Origin: Sphingomonadales bacterium
GTDB lineage: Bacteria; Pseudomonadota; Alphaproteobacteria; Sphingomonadales; Sphingomonadaceae
Reading direction: 5' to 3'
DNA: 64,000 bases
NCBI GenBank assembly: GCA_006226685.1
Contig: SBGG01000076.1
Span: 5,111-69,110 of the forward strand
Shown one piece after another: positions 31,868-40,411 of this stretch. Position 1 is the first letter of the stretch; each line of letters starts with the position of its first letter. The position numbers and the translations under genes are program-made. A model generated the notes under the pieces. That model worked only from the letters and a program-made list of their open reading frames with translations, did not search any database and was not told where the DNA came from.

Positions 31868-31893
31868 AAAAGGGCGGCCTGAGCCGCCCTTTT
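31868..31893. terminator. Bidirectional rho-independent terminator between the convergent aldolase and CarAa-like genes
   Basis: The sequence is AAAA GGGCGGC ctga GCCGCCC TTTT: a 7-bp GC stem with a 4-nt loop, flanked by an A-run and a T-run. It lies 28 nt downstream of the CarAa-like stop codon. Confidence 0.65.
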
Positions 31894-31921
31894 GCAGGTT
31901 CCGATCCGTTTGACGGGATTG

Positions 31922-33103
31922 TCAGATGATGTCGCTCGGCTTTTGCACGCTGGGGCCATTGCGATGGCATAGCTCGCGCCACATGATGATCCCGTTATCT
32001 TCGGTCACCAAGGTTTCCTCGAGCCAGTTCTGGTCATGCTCATAGAAAGGCTGCAAGGCCTCGCGGGCAAACACGTCCTCATTGTTGAAACCTTCGAGCG
32101 AAACCGGCTTCCAGCGGTGCCAGAATTCATGTTCATGCTCGGCGCGCTCTTCGTCATTGGCGCAGGGCTTGCCGATGGTGATGATGTAGAGGTGGGAATC
32201 CTCGGTGATCGGTACATACCATTCGAACTGGAAACGTCCGACAAAGGGGAAATTGTCGACGCGCAAGACGCCCGGCATGCAGATATAATGGCCGGTCGTG
32301 CGCTTTTTCGCGGCTTCCTCGGGCGTCTGGTGCATCTTGGTGCCGGTCACGACGATCTTGCCTTCCACGCGGCCTTCATAGGCCATGGGGGCGGCGTCCT
32401 TGAAGGTGCGCGTGGATACGCCCTTGGGCTGGCCCTGTTCCTCGTGCAGTTCGAAAAAGTCCACCGGCCGGTCGGTATGGCCAAGCGGCAGCGAGCGCTG
32501 GGTATTGGGGACCAGCGGCGACTGGCGATGCAGATAGATGTGCAGGTCGTCAATGCCGTTTTCGCAGCCAAGCCGCCAGTTCGACTGGACCATATAGGAG
32601 GAGCCATGCACTTCCATAGTGTCGTCGAGGAAGGTCGGCGGGACATCCTGTGACAGGGGGTGGGGTTCATAATCGGCGTCGCCGACGAACACGAAGACGA
32701 GGCCCTTGGCTTCCTGCACCGGATAGGAATGGATCGCCTTCTTGCCGATGATCGGCGTATTCGGGCTGGCGATGATGTCGCACAGCGTGCCGTCCTCCCA
32801 GCGATAGGTGAAGCCGTGATACCAGCAGGTCACGGTGTTGCGGGTATAGCATTCGACCTTTTCGGAGAATTTCACGCCGCGATGCAGGCAGCGGTCCCGA
32901 ATGGCGTGAACCTTGCCGTCAATGCGCTTGAGCAGGATATCCTCGCCCATTAATTTCCGGCTGACGACTTCATTTTCGCCCAGTTCCCGAGAGAACATGA
33001 TCGGATACCAGTGGTTCCGGAACCCGAGTTTCGCCGCGAGATAATTACGCCACCGCGGCACTTTCTTCAGGAGGCGTTCGTCTACGAAACTGTCCTCGAC
33101 CAT
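31922..33103 (-). CDS. Alpha-only Rieske non-haem iron oxygenase resembling the carbazole 1,9a-dioxygenase terminal oxygenase (CarAa-like)
   Basis: 393 aa. Rieske motif CLHRGV...(17)...CWYHGF; mononuclear-iron motif ENGIDDLHIYLH. The blocks KLGFRNHWYP, TCWYHGFTYRWEDGTLCDI, YPVQEAKG, SNWRL, FEWYVPI, GKPCANDEER and WKPVSLEGFNNEDVFAREA match my recollection of Pseudomonas CarAa. No beta-subunit gene is adjacent. Confidence 0.82.
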   Translation of the reverse strand: MVEDSFVDERLLKKVPRWRNYLAAKLGFRNHWYPIMFSRELGENEVVSRKLMGEDILLKRIDGKVHAIRDRCLHRGVKFSEKVECYTRNTVTCWYHGFTYRWEDGTLCDIIASPNTPIIGKKAIHSYPVQEAKGLVFVFVGDADYEPHPLSQDVPPTFLDDTMEVHGSSYMVQSNWRLGCENGIDDLHIYLHRQSPLVPNTQRSLPLGHTDRPVDFFELHEEQGQPKGVSTRTFKDAAPMAYEGRVEGKIVVTGTKMHQTPEEAAKKRTTGHYICMPGVLRVDNFPFVGRFQFEWYVPITEDSHLYIITIGKPCANDEERAEHEHEFWHRWKPVSLEGFNNEDVFAREALQPFYEHDQNWLEETLVTEDNGIIMWRELCHRNGPSVQKPSDII

Positions 33104-33179
33104 TGCATTCCATTCCCCGTTTCACCCGCCAGACGACGGGCGTGATGATTGACCTGCCATCGATTGACGGCTTTTGGAG

Positions 33180-33200
33180 TTATGCATACAGTATGCATAA
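33180..33200. promoter_or_regulatory. Operator S1: perfect 21-bp palindrome TTATGCATACAGTATGCATAA between the divergent CarAa-like and hydrolase genes
   Basis: Read directly; it is perfectly self-complementary (10-1-10). The centre TACAGT (33187-33192) lies 17 nt downstream of TTGACG (33164-33169), so it coincides with a plausible -10 element. Confidence 0.6.
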
Positions 33201-33239
33201 ATTGCAAGCTCGATCGCGTCGGGAAAGTTTGCGGAAACA

Positions 33240-34025
33240 ATGTGCCGGGAGGTTGAAGTGCCCTATATTGATGCTGGCGAAAGCCGGATTTATTATGAAA
33301 GCCATGGAGAGGGGCCGCCTGTCCTGTTCGCCCATGGCGTGGGCGGGAATCATGCCAGCTGGCATAAGCAGGTTCCCGATTTCGTGAAGGATTATCGCGT
33401 CATCCTGTTCGATCATCGCGCATTTGGTAACTCGTCCGATGTGGAGGAGGCCGGGCAGTCCCGTTATGTGGAGGATATGCTCTGCCTGCTCGATGCGCTG
33501 GAGATCGACCGGGTCATTCTGGTCGGGCAATCCATGGGCGGAGGGACCTGCGCCAATTTTACCTGTGCCCATCCCGAACGGGTCGAAAAGCTGGTCATTG
33601 CCGATTCCCTGATCGGCATCGATGCCCCCGAACCATTAGCTACCATGGTCAGGGAAACGCTCGACCGCGTCTGGAACCTCAGCCAGGCGGAACGGGTGCT
33701 CGGCCCGGTGATGCGGGATGACGATCCCGCGAGCACATTGCTCTATCTGCAGATCGCCAGTTTCAACGCGGTGACGATCCGCACGCTGAAAGGAAGCATG
33801 CCGCGCTGGACCCCGGACCGGCTGGCTGCCACCGGCGTGCCGACCTTGTTCCTTGTAGGGGAGCATGATGTGTTGTTCCCGCCGGAAAATGTACGAATGG
33901 CGCAGGCCATGGTTGCCGGGGCATCTTTCGCCCTGATCGAAGGGGCGGGGCATTCAGCTTATTTCGAGCGCCCCCTTGCGTTCAACCGGCATGTCCGGGC
34001 GTTTCTCTCAGCCGGGGAGGGGTAA
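33240..34025 (+). CDS. Alpha/beta-fold hydrolase
   Basis: 261 aa with HGVGGNHASW and the nucleophile elbow LVGQSMGGG, plus a C-terminal GAGHSAYFERP. An alternative GTG start at 33258 lies 6 nt after GGGAGG. Confidence 0.85.
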   Translation: MCREVEVPYIDAGESRIYYESHGEGPPVLFAHGVGGNHASWHKQVPDFVKDYRVILFDHRAFGNSSDVEEAGQSRYVEDMLCLLDALEIDRVILVGQSMGGGTCANFTCAHPERVEKLVIADSLIGIDAPEPLATMVRETLDRVWNLSQAERVLGPVMRDDDPASTLLYLQIASFNAVTIRTLKGSMPRWTPDRLAATGVPTLFLVGEHDVLFPPENVRMAQAMVAGASFALIEGAGHSAYFERPLAFNRHVRAFLSAGEG

Positions 34026-34030
34026 GGAGT

Positions 34031-35224
34031 ATGGCGTCCGTTGAAACGGCCGATATCGTCATCGCCGGCGGTGCCGGCATGGGCAGCGCCGTCGCCTATT
34101 TTCTGAAATCGCTCGGGCCGGAAAATCTGCGTATCATCGTCTGCGAACCCGACCCGACCTATGCCCGTGCCGCGACCACTCTGGCGGCGGGCGGTATCCG
34201 GCAGCAATTTTCCACGCCGGAAAATATCGTCATGTCGCAATATGGCTTCGATTTTCTGCGCCGGATTGATGAAGAGCTGGCGATTGACGGGGAAGGCCCG
34301 CAAGTCGACCTGCATGTGGTGCCCTATCTGCATCTCGCTGCGGGGGGCAAGGATGTCGATGGCCTGCGCGAGAGTTTCGAATTGCAGTCGGAACTGGGCG
34401 CCGGGCCGCTCTGGCTGGAGCGGGACGATCTGCGCGCGCGCTACCCGTGGATGACGGTGGACGATATCGATGCCGCGGTTCTCGGCGGCCCGCGCGAAGG
34501 CGTGTTCGATCCCTATGCGATGTTGCAGGCGTTCCGCCGCAAGGCCGTGTCTTTGGGGGTGGAATATCGCCCCGCAGCCGTTACCGGCATCGAACCGGCA
34601 TCGGGCGCCGAGGGCGTGACGGTTGCCCTATCCGATGGTGGCAGGCTGGCCTGCGGGCGAATCATCAACTGCGCGGGGCCTGCCGCCGGGCGGCTTGCGG
34701 CGCTGGCGGGGCTCGATCTGCCTGTTATTCCGGTGCGGGCGCACAGTTTCGTGTTCAAGGTGGAGCAGGCGCCGACGACGGATCTCTTCCCGATCATCGT
34801 CGATCAGGTTCAGTTGCTCAATATCCGCGCGGAAGGCGATATGTTCCTGGCCGGTTCGCCGCGCGAAGGGGAACTGGTCGATGCCGGGGATAATTTCGCG
34901 ATCGATTATGATTTTTTCGATACTGAATTATGGCCGATGCTGGCGACGCGCGTGCCCGCATTCGAAGCGATCCGGATGACCAGCGCCTGGGTCGGTCATA
35001 TGGAATGGAGCCTGCCGGATGCCAATCCGATCATCGGCCCGCATCCCGATTTTCCGGCTATGGTCTTCGTCAACGGTTTTAGCGGCCATGGCGTGCAGCA
35101 CTGCCCGGCGGTCGGCCGGGCGGTGGCGGAACTGATAGTGTTCGGGGCATATCGGTCGATCGACCTCTCCCGTTTTTCCTATGACCGGATCGCCGCCGGT
35201 CAGCCGCTCACGGAGCGGTACTGA
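34031..35224 (+). CDS. FAD-dependent oxidoreductase (DAO family)
   Basis: 397 aa. The N-terminal dinucleotide fold is ADIVIAGGAGMGSAVAYFL, and the overall layout resembles D-amino-acid / sarcosine oxidase beta. The start lies 5 nt after the hydrolase stop. Confidence 0.82.
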   Translation: MASVETADIVIAGGAGMGSAVAYFLKSLGPENLRIIVCEPDPTYARAATTLAAGGIRQQFSTPENIVMSQYGFDFLRRIDEELAIDGEGPQVDLHVVPYLHLAAGGKDVDGLRESFELQSELGAGPLWLERDDLRARYPWMTVDDIDAAVLGGPREGVFDPYAMLQAFRRKAVSLGVEYRPAAVTGIEPASGAEGVTVALSDGGRLACGRIINCAGPAAGRLAALAGLDLPVIPVRAHSFVFKVEQAPTTDLFPIIVDQVQLLNIRAEGDMFLAGSPREGELVDAGDNFAIDYDFFDTELWPMLATRVPAFEAIRMTSAWVGHMEWSLPDANPIIGPHPDFPAMVFVNGFSGHGVQHCPAVGRAVAELIVFGAYRSIDLSRFSYDRIAAGQPLTERY

Positions 35225-36488
35225 CCGGCTGTTCCACGGCGCTGTCGTTGAAACGCGGCAGCGCCAGCAGGATCAGGCAGAGCAGGGTTAACCCCACGGT
35301 CGCAAAGGTGAAGGGGATAGTGTAATTGCCCCAGATGTCGAAGGCCTCTCCGAACAGAAACGGCCCGACCGCGACGCCGATCATGAACACACCGTAGATC
35401 AGGCCGAATATCCGGCCCGATTGTTTCAGCCCGAAATAGCGGCTGACCAGATAACCGATAAAGTCCGATTCGGCGCCCTGACCGACCGCGAGCAGGATGC
35501 TGCCGGCCAGACCGATCGCCAGCACCGGATAGCTGGCCATCAGGAGCGCCCCCGTTGCCGGGAGGGCGAACACGACCACCGCGATATAGGGCGCGAAATA
35601 GCGGTCGAACATATGACCGGCGAGCAGGCGCGCCGGGATGCCGATCAGGGCGTTGAACATGGTGATCGCGGCCAGCGCGCCCGCGCTCAGCCCATGGTCC
35701 GAAAGAAAGGGTGCGATATGGATCGACATGCCCTGAAGGCAACTGGAGATCAGCAGGACCATGACGATCAGCAGCCAGAAAGGGCGGGTGCGTATCGCCT
35801 CTTGCAGGCTCAGGCCGGGAAGCGGTGTCGCCGCCGCGTTACCCGATTCCGCCTTGCGTTCGACCGGGGCTTCCCGGATGCAGAAGATCGAGACGGGCAG
35901 GCCGATCAACAACGGGAACAGCGACAGGCCCCAGAAGCCGCCGCGCCATCCGAACTGTTCGATCATCAATATGGTGAAGGGACCGGACAAGGCCGCGCCC
36001 AGCACTACGCCGGATGAACAGGCGCCCATGGCAAGGCCGCGCGACCGCAGGCGCGCGCCGGAAAACCAGCCCGAAAGCAGGCGGACATAGCCGACGATAG
36101 TGGATCCGGCGCCGAGCGTGCAGATGAGGGCGAAGCCGATGTAAAAGCCGGTGAGGCCGAACCCGTCGATAAGGAAGGGCACGCAGGCGGTGGCGATGCC
36201 ATATCCTGCTTGCGACAGGATCAGCACGATTCGGGTGCCGAGGCGGTCGATCAGTTCCCCCATCAGCGGATTGGCGACCACCATGGTCAGCGCGCCAATG
36301 GAGAGGGAGAGGGCGACGTCCGACCTGCTCCACCCGAATGCGGTTCCCAGCGGGCGCATGAAAAGCCCGGTATTGATCATCACGATGGATATGGCGCAGC
36401 ACATTGTGCCGATGGTGGAAAACAGGACCATCAGCCACGCCGCCCTGTTTGCGGAATCATCTCTGGCCGCCTCGAAAAATCTTCCCAT
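35208..36488 (-). CDS. MFS transporter
   Basis: 426 aa from an internal ATG at 36488 (MGRFFEAARDDSANRAAWLMVLFSTIG...), with about 12 hydrophobic segments and an MFS loop motif (GELIDRLGTR). The upstream 132 codons of the ORF-track entry are Ser/Arg-rich and run through the operator region. Confidence 0.82.
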   Translation of the reverse strand: MGRFFEAARDDSANRAAWLMVLFSTIGTMCCAISIVMINTGLFMRPLGTAFGWSRSDVALSLSIGALTMVVANPLMGELIDRLGTRIVLILSQAGYGIATACVPFLIDGFGLTGFYIGFALICTLGAGSTIVGYVRLLSGWFSGARLRSRGLAMGACSSGVVLGAALSGPFTILMIEQFGWRGGFWGLSLFPLLIGLPVSIFCIREAPVERKAESGNAAATPLPGLSLQEAIRTRPFWLLIVMVLLISSCLQGMSIHIAPFLSDHGLSAGALAAITMFNALIGIPARLLAGHMFDRYFAPYIAVVVFALPATGALLMASYPVLAIGLAGSILLAVGQGAESDFIGYLVSRYFGLKQSGRIFGLIYGVFMIGVAVGPFLFGEAFDIWGNYTIPFTFATVGLTLLCLILLALPRFNDSAVEQPVSTAP

Positions 36489-36516
36489 ATGCTCCGGTCC
36501 CCGATCTTTGTTTTTG

Positions 36517-36538
36517 GCATACTGCATACAAATATGCC
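36517..36538. promoter_or_regulatory. Operator-like hexamer array S2 (GCATAC-t-GCATAC-aaa-TATGCC) upstream of the MFS gene
   Basis: Two perfect GCATAC hexamers and one degenerate inverted copy lie 29-50 nt upstream of the MFS ATG. Confidence 0.35.
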
Positions 36539-36621
36539 TTGTGCAAACCCTTTGTTTTCCTGATGGTGCCATTTCTGTGCGGGTGATTTTGCAGCAAAGC
36601 GGCGCAGAAGGCAAAAGCGGG

Positions 36622-36650
36622 TTGACAATAGCATACTGTATGCAACAAAT
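36622..36650 (+). promoter_or_regulatory. Putative sigma70-type promoter (TTGACA-17 nt-ACAAAT) with operator S3 (GCATACTGTATGC, 36631-36643) inside the spacer
   Basis: A consensus -35 TTGACA lies at 36622-36627. The 17-nt spacer contains the perfect 13-bp palindrome. A weak -10 ACAAAT lies at 36645-36650, about 60 nt upstream of the Rieske oxygenase ATG. Confidence 0.5.
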
Positions 36651-36708
36651 ACCCCTCGAGAAAGCGAGAGCATCGCTCCACCTGCGAAAGCGCGAATGAG
36701 GGATTCCT

Positions 36709-37989
36709 ATGTTGACGAGCGAGGAAAATGAGCGACTGACCCGGGTCGGCCCGGGAACGCCCATGGGGGAAGTGTTGCGGCGGTACTGGATGCCGTTTCT
36801 GCTGCCCGAAGAGCTGCCCGAGGCGGATTGCCCACCCGTGCGGGTGCGATTGCTGGGCGAGGATCTGATCGCCTTTCGCGACACGAACGGACGGCTTGGC
36901 TTGCTGGATCGTTTCTGCCCCCATCGCCGCGTTGACCTGTTTTTTGGGCGTAACGAGGAATGCGGCCTGCGGTGTGTCTATCATGGCTGGAAGTTCGATG
37001 TTGACGGTAATGTCATGGACATGCCGGCCGAGCCCGCCAATTCGCCGATGCGCGAGGAAGTGAAGATCAAATCCTACCCAATCATGGAATGGGGTGGTGT
37101 GATCTGGGCCTATATGGGTGATCCGGCGCATCAGCCGCCGCGCCCGCCGGAAATCGAATGGGGTCTGGTGCCTCCCTCGCACCGCAATATCCAGAAGCGT
37201 CTTCAGGAAAATAACTGGGCGCAGGGTGTCGAAGGCGGGATCGATTCCAGCCATGTCGGCATTCTGCATAGCCTGCTGACCCCGCCGGAGCCTGGCAAGG
37301 GGTTCCGCGACCGGCAGCAGGCGGTAGACCCGGCAGTGCCCTATCTCGCCATGGATACCGCGCCCAAATTCTTCATCCGTCCACAGGAATATGGGATGCT
37401 GATCGGTGCGCGGCGCAAGGCGTCGGAAGAGGAATATTATTGGCGCATCACGCAGTTCCTCGCGCCCTTCTACACGATGATCGCGCGCCGGGAGGAGAAG
37501 GGGCCGATTTCCGGCCATGCCTGGGTGCCGATCGATGACGAGAATACATGGACCTTCACCATGTACTGGGATCCGGATCAGCCGCTGGATCAGAGCGAGG
37601 ATTTCGACGCGACCAAAGTCAATGTCGATGTCTGTCCCGATGGTTCCTATCGTCCGATCAACAATCGCGACAATGACTATGGTATCGACCGCTCGTTGCA
37701 GAAGCTGAGCAATTCGACCGGCATTATCGGTATCGGTCTTCAGGATTCGGCGATTCAGGAGACGATGGGGGCCATTGTCGATCGTTCCATGGAAATTCTT
37801 GGTTCCGGCGATGCGGCCATCGTCGCCTGGCGCAAGCTGATGCTGGCCCAGACCCGGGATCTGGAAAAAGAAGGTGACCTGCCGTTGCCGCATAAAACGG
37901 AGCTTTACCGGGTTCGTTCGGCCGGGGTCGTCCTGCCGCGAGGGATAGATTTCGAGGTTGGGGCGAAGGAACGTCTCACCGTTGCCTGA
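36709..37989 (+). CDS. Alpha-only Rieske non-haem iron oxygenase (phthalate-family / class IA-like oxygenase component)
   Basis: 426 aa. Rieske motif CPHRRVDLFFGRNEECGLRCVYHGWKF; iron-site motif EGGIDSSHVGILH. The RBS is GAGGGA. No beta subunit or fused reductase is present. Confidence 0.88.
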   Translation: MLTSEENERLTRVGPGTPMGEVLRRYWMPFLLPEELPEADCPPVRVRLLGEDLIAFRDTNGRLGLLDRFCPHRRVDLFFGRNEECGLRCVYHGWKFDVDGNVMDMPAEPANSPMREEVKIKSYPIMEWGGVIWAYMGDPAHQPPRPPEIEWGLVPPSHRNIQKRLQENNWAQGVEGGIDSSHVGILHSLLTPPEPGKGFRDRQQAVDPAVPYLAMDTAPKFFIRPQEYGMLIGARRKASEEEYYWRITQFLAPFYTMIARREEKGPISGHAWVPIDDENTWTFTMYWDPDQPLDQSEDFDATKVNVDVCPDGSYRPINNRDNDYGIDRSLQKLSNSTGIIGIGLQDSAIQETMGAIVDRSMEILGSGDAAIVAWRKLMLAQTRDLEKEGDLPLPHKTELYRVRSAGVVLPRGIDFEVGAKERLTVA

Positions 37990-38072
37990 GATCCCGTTCG
38001 GGTCATGGTCGGATCGTCAGCCGGAATGCCGGCGATGATCCTTCCCAACATGCTGACAGGGAAGGGTTGGCA

Positions 38073-39317
38073 ATGAGCGATAAGCGGAATGACATACCGG
38101 GGCATGGGCCGGAGGGCCTGATCCGTCGCAGGGATTTCGTATCGGGCCTGCCTCTGGCTCTTGCCTTGGGCGCATCGTCCATGGCAAGGGCGGCGGTCCG
38201 TCCGCCCTTGCCTCGTCCGGCGCATGTCGTCGTGGTCGGCGGCGGCATTATCGGGGTGACGATCGCGTGGCATCTGGCGCGACGGGCCGTGCGGGTGACG
38301 GTGCTGGATCCGACCCCCGGGCAGGGGTGCACTCAGGGCGCGTTTGCGATGTTGATCGCCGGACAACCGGAAGGCGGCTCCGAGGAATTCAACGCGCTCT
38401 ATGTCCGGGCGGTGGCGGACTGGCGGCGGTTTCAGGCGGAAACGGGCAATGTCCTGCCGATTCAGTGGGGCGGCACCGTCAACTGGGCGGCGCCCGGCGA
38501 CCGGGCCGATACCATGGCGGCCGACTGGCGGCGGCTTGTATCCTGGGGCGTGGGGGCGGAAGCGATCGCGGCCGGGGATGTTGCCCGGCTGTGTCCCGGC
38601 GCGTTGCCGGGTGAATTCGGCGCCGGTTATTTCATGCCCGATCAGGGTGCCGTCGATATTGATGGCGTCATGACCGTGTTGCAGGCGCAGGCGGTACGGG
38701 CTGGTGTCGAGTTCCGGCGCATGTCGGTGGTCGATCTGCCTCGGGGCGAAGATGGCCGGGCGACCATCATGACGGAGCATGGTCCGATTGTCGCGGATCA
38801 TGTGATTTTGGCGGCTGGTGCCGGGACGACCGCATTGGCATCCCGTCTGGGTGCGCATATCCCGCTTGACCTTGTTTCCGGTACGCTGGCGCATAGCAAG
38901 CCGATGGAGCCGGTCCTGCATCGTGTGCTCAACGGGCCGCTGGGATCGATCAAGCAGAATCCCAACGGAACGATCGTGACCGGGCTCGATTATGCGCCCG
39001 GCGCCAGCGGCACCGATATCAGCGAAGCCTATGGTCGGAAATTATTCGCCATTGCGGCGCGGACTGTCCCGGCATTGAAGGATGCGGTGCTGGACAAGAT
39101 GACGCTCGGCTATGTTCCAATCCCGGCGGAAGGGCGAATGCCGATCGTCGGACCGCTGGCGCCGGCGCCCAACGTCTATGTCGCGGCGATGATGAGCGGA
39201 GTGACCATGGCGCCGCTCATGGCCCGTATGATCGCGGCGGAGGTGGTGGACGGCATTCGCGTCGACATGCTCGCGCCCTATCGGCCGGACCGCTTCAACC
39301 CGCAATGGAATGCATGA
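38073..39317 (+). CDS. FAD-dependent oxidoreductase (DAO family) with a predicted twin-arginine (Tat) signal peptide
   Basis: The N-terminus has LIRRRDFVSGLPLALALGASSMARA (RRxF Tat motif plus an AxA cleavage site). This is followed by the FAD fold HVVVVGGGIIGVTIAWHLA. The ORF-track start at 38067 is TTG; ATG 38073 is preferred. Confidence 0.78.
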   Translation: MSDKRNDIPGHGPEGLIRRRDFVSGLPLALALGASSMARAAVRPPLPRPAHVVVVGGGIIGVTIAWHLARRAVRVTVLDPTPGQGCTQGAFAMLIAGQPEGGSEEFNALYVRAVADWRRFQAETGNVLPIQWGGTVNWAAPGDRADTMAADWRRLVSWGVGAEAIAAGDVARLCPGALPGEFGAGYFMPDQGAVDIDGVMTVLQAQAVRAGVEFRRMSVVDLPRGEDGRATIMTEHGPIVADHVILAAGAGTTALASRLGAHIPLDLVSGTLAHSKPMEPVLHRVLNGPLGSIKQNPNGTIVTGLDYAPGASGTDISEAYGRKLFAIAARTVPALKDAVLDKMTLGYVPIPAEGRMPIVGPLAPAPNVYVAAMMSGVTMAPLMARMIAAEVVDGIRVDMLAPYRPDRFNPQWNA

Positions 39318-39379
39318 ACATCGGTAACGCAGGGCCGGCCCTTGCCGGTGCCGCAAATGGACAGTGACGAGGTGAAATA

Positions 39380-40366
39380 ATGGCAAAAATCGTTCTTGGA
39401 ATTGGCAGCTCGCACAGTCCGGCGCTGTTGATGGAGCCGAAGGCGTGGCTGCGTCGCGGTGAAACCGATGATCAGAAATATCACGCCCTCTATGATTTTG
39501 ACGGGGTACGCGTGCAATATGATGAATTGCTCGCCAAGGCGCCCGCCGGTCTGCTCAAGGAAATCGAACCGGAGATCATGGATCGGCGGTACGCCGCGAA
39601 TGAAGCGGGTATCGCCGCGGTTGCGGCCAAGCTGAAGGAAGTCGATCCCGATGTCATCCTGATCATCGGGGATGACCATAAGGAAGTGTTTCAGGACGAC
39701 AACATGCCCGCGCTGTCCGTCTATTGGGGGGATACGCTCCCCTATAAGGCGCAGGGACTGATGAAATGGCCCTATGCCGATGATCTCAAGGCCGATGTCT
39801 GGTATCCGCAGCAGGAGGCCGATTATCCGGTTGCGTCGGATCTCGCGCGCCGGCTGATCGGTGATCTGATCGAACGCGGGTTCGATCCGGCCCACTCTAA
39901 ATTCTATCCGGAAGGGCAGGGGATGAGCCATTCCTTCGGATATATTTATCACCGGATCATGACCGAAAAGGTCTGGCCGGTCATTCCGATCACCCTCAAT
40001 ACCTATTACCCGCCGAATCAGATCACGCCTCGCCGCGCCTATCAGCTGGGTCGCACGTTAAGGGAAACGGTCGAAAGCTGGCCGGAAGATTTGCGCGTCG
40101 CGGTCATGGCGACGGGCGGTCTGAGCCATTTCGTCGTCGATGAGGAATTCGACCGGGCCTATATCGAATTGTTGCGTAACGGCGATGAGGAAGGGCATGC
40201 TGCGCTGCCGCGTGAAAAGCTGCAATCCGGCAATTCCGAATTCCGGTGCTGGACGACGCTTGCGGGTGCGGTGCAAGGCATGGCATTCGACCTGATCGAT
40301 TATGTGCCCTGTTATCGGTCCCCGGCGGGAACAGGATGTGGCATGGCCTTCGCAACCTGGGAATGA
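39380..40366 (+). CDS. Class III extradiol ring-cleavage dioxygenase, single-subunit LigB-family protein
   Basis: 328 aa with LigB-type blocks GIGSSHSP, ILIIGDDHKEVF, MSHSFGY and ATGGLSHFVVDEEFD. The RBS is GAGGTGA. Confidence 0.82.
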   Translation: MAKIVLGIGSSHSPALLMEPKAWLRRGETDDQKYHALYDFDGVRVQYDELLAKAPAGLLKEIEPEIMDRRYAANEAGIAAVAAKLKEVDPDVILIIGDDHKEVFQDDNMPALSVYWGDTLPYKAQGLMKWPYADDLKADVWYPQQEADYPVASDLARRLIGDLIERGFDPAHSKFYPEGQGMSHSFGYIYHRIMTEKVWPVIPITLNTYYPPNQITPRRAYQLGRTLRETVESWPEDLRVAVMATGGLSHFVVDEEFDRAYIELLRNGDEEGHAALPREKLQSGNSEFRCWTTLAGAVQGMAFDLIDYVPCYRSPAGTGCGMAFATWE

Positions 40367-40411
40367 ACATCCTGTTGCCGGGCGGCGGATGAAGAAGGAG
40401 GAACGGGTATC

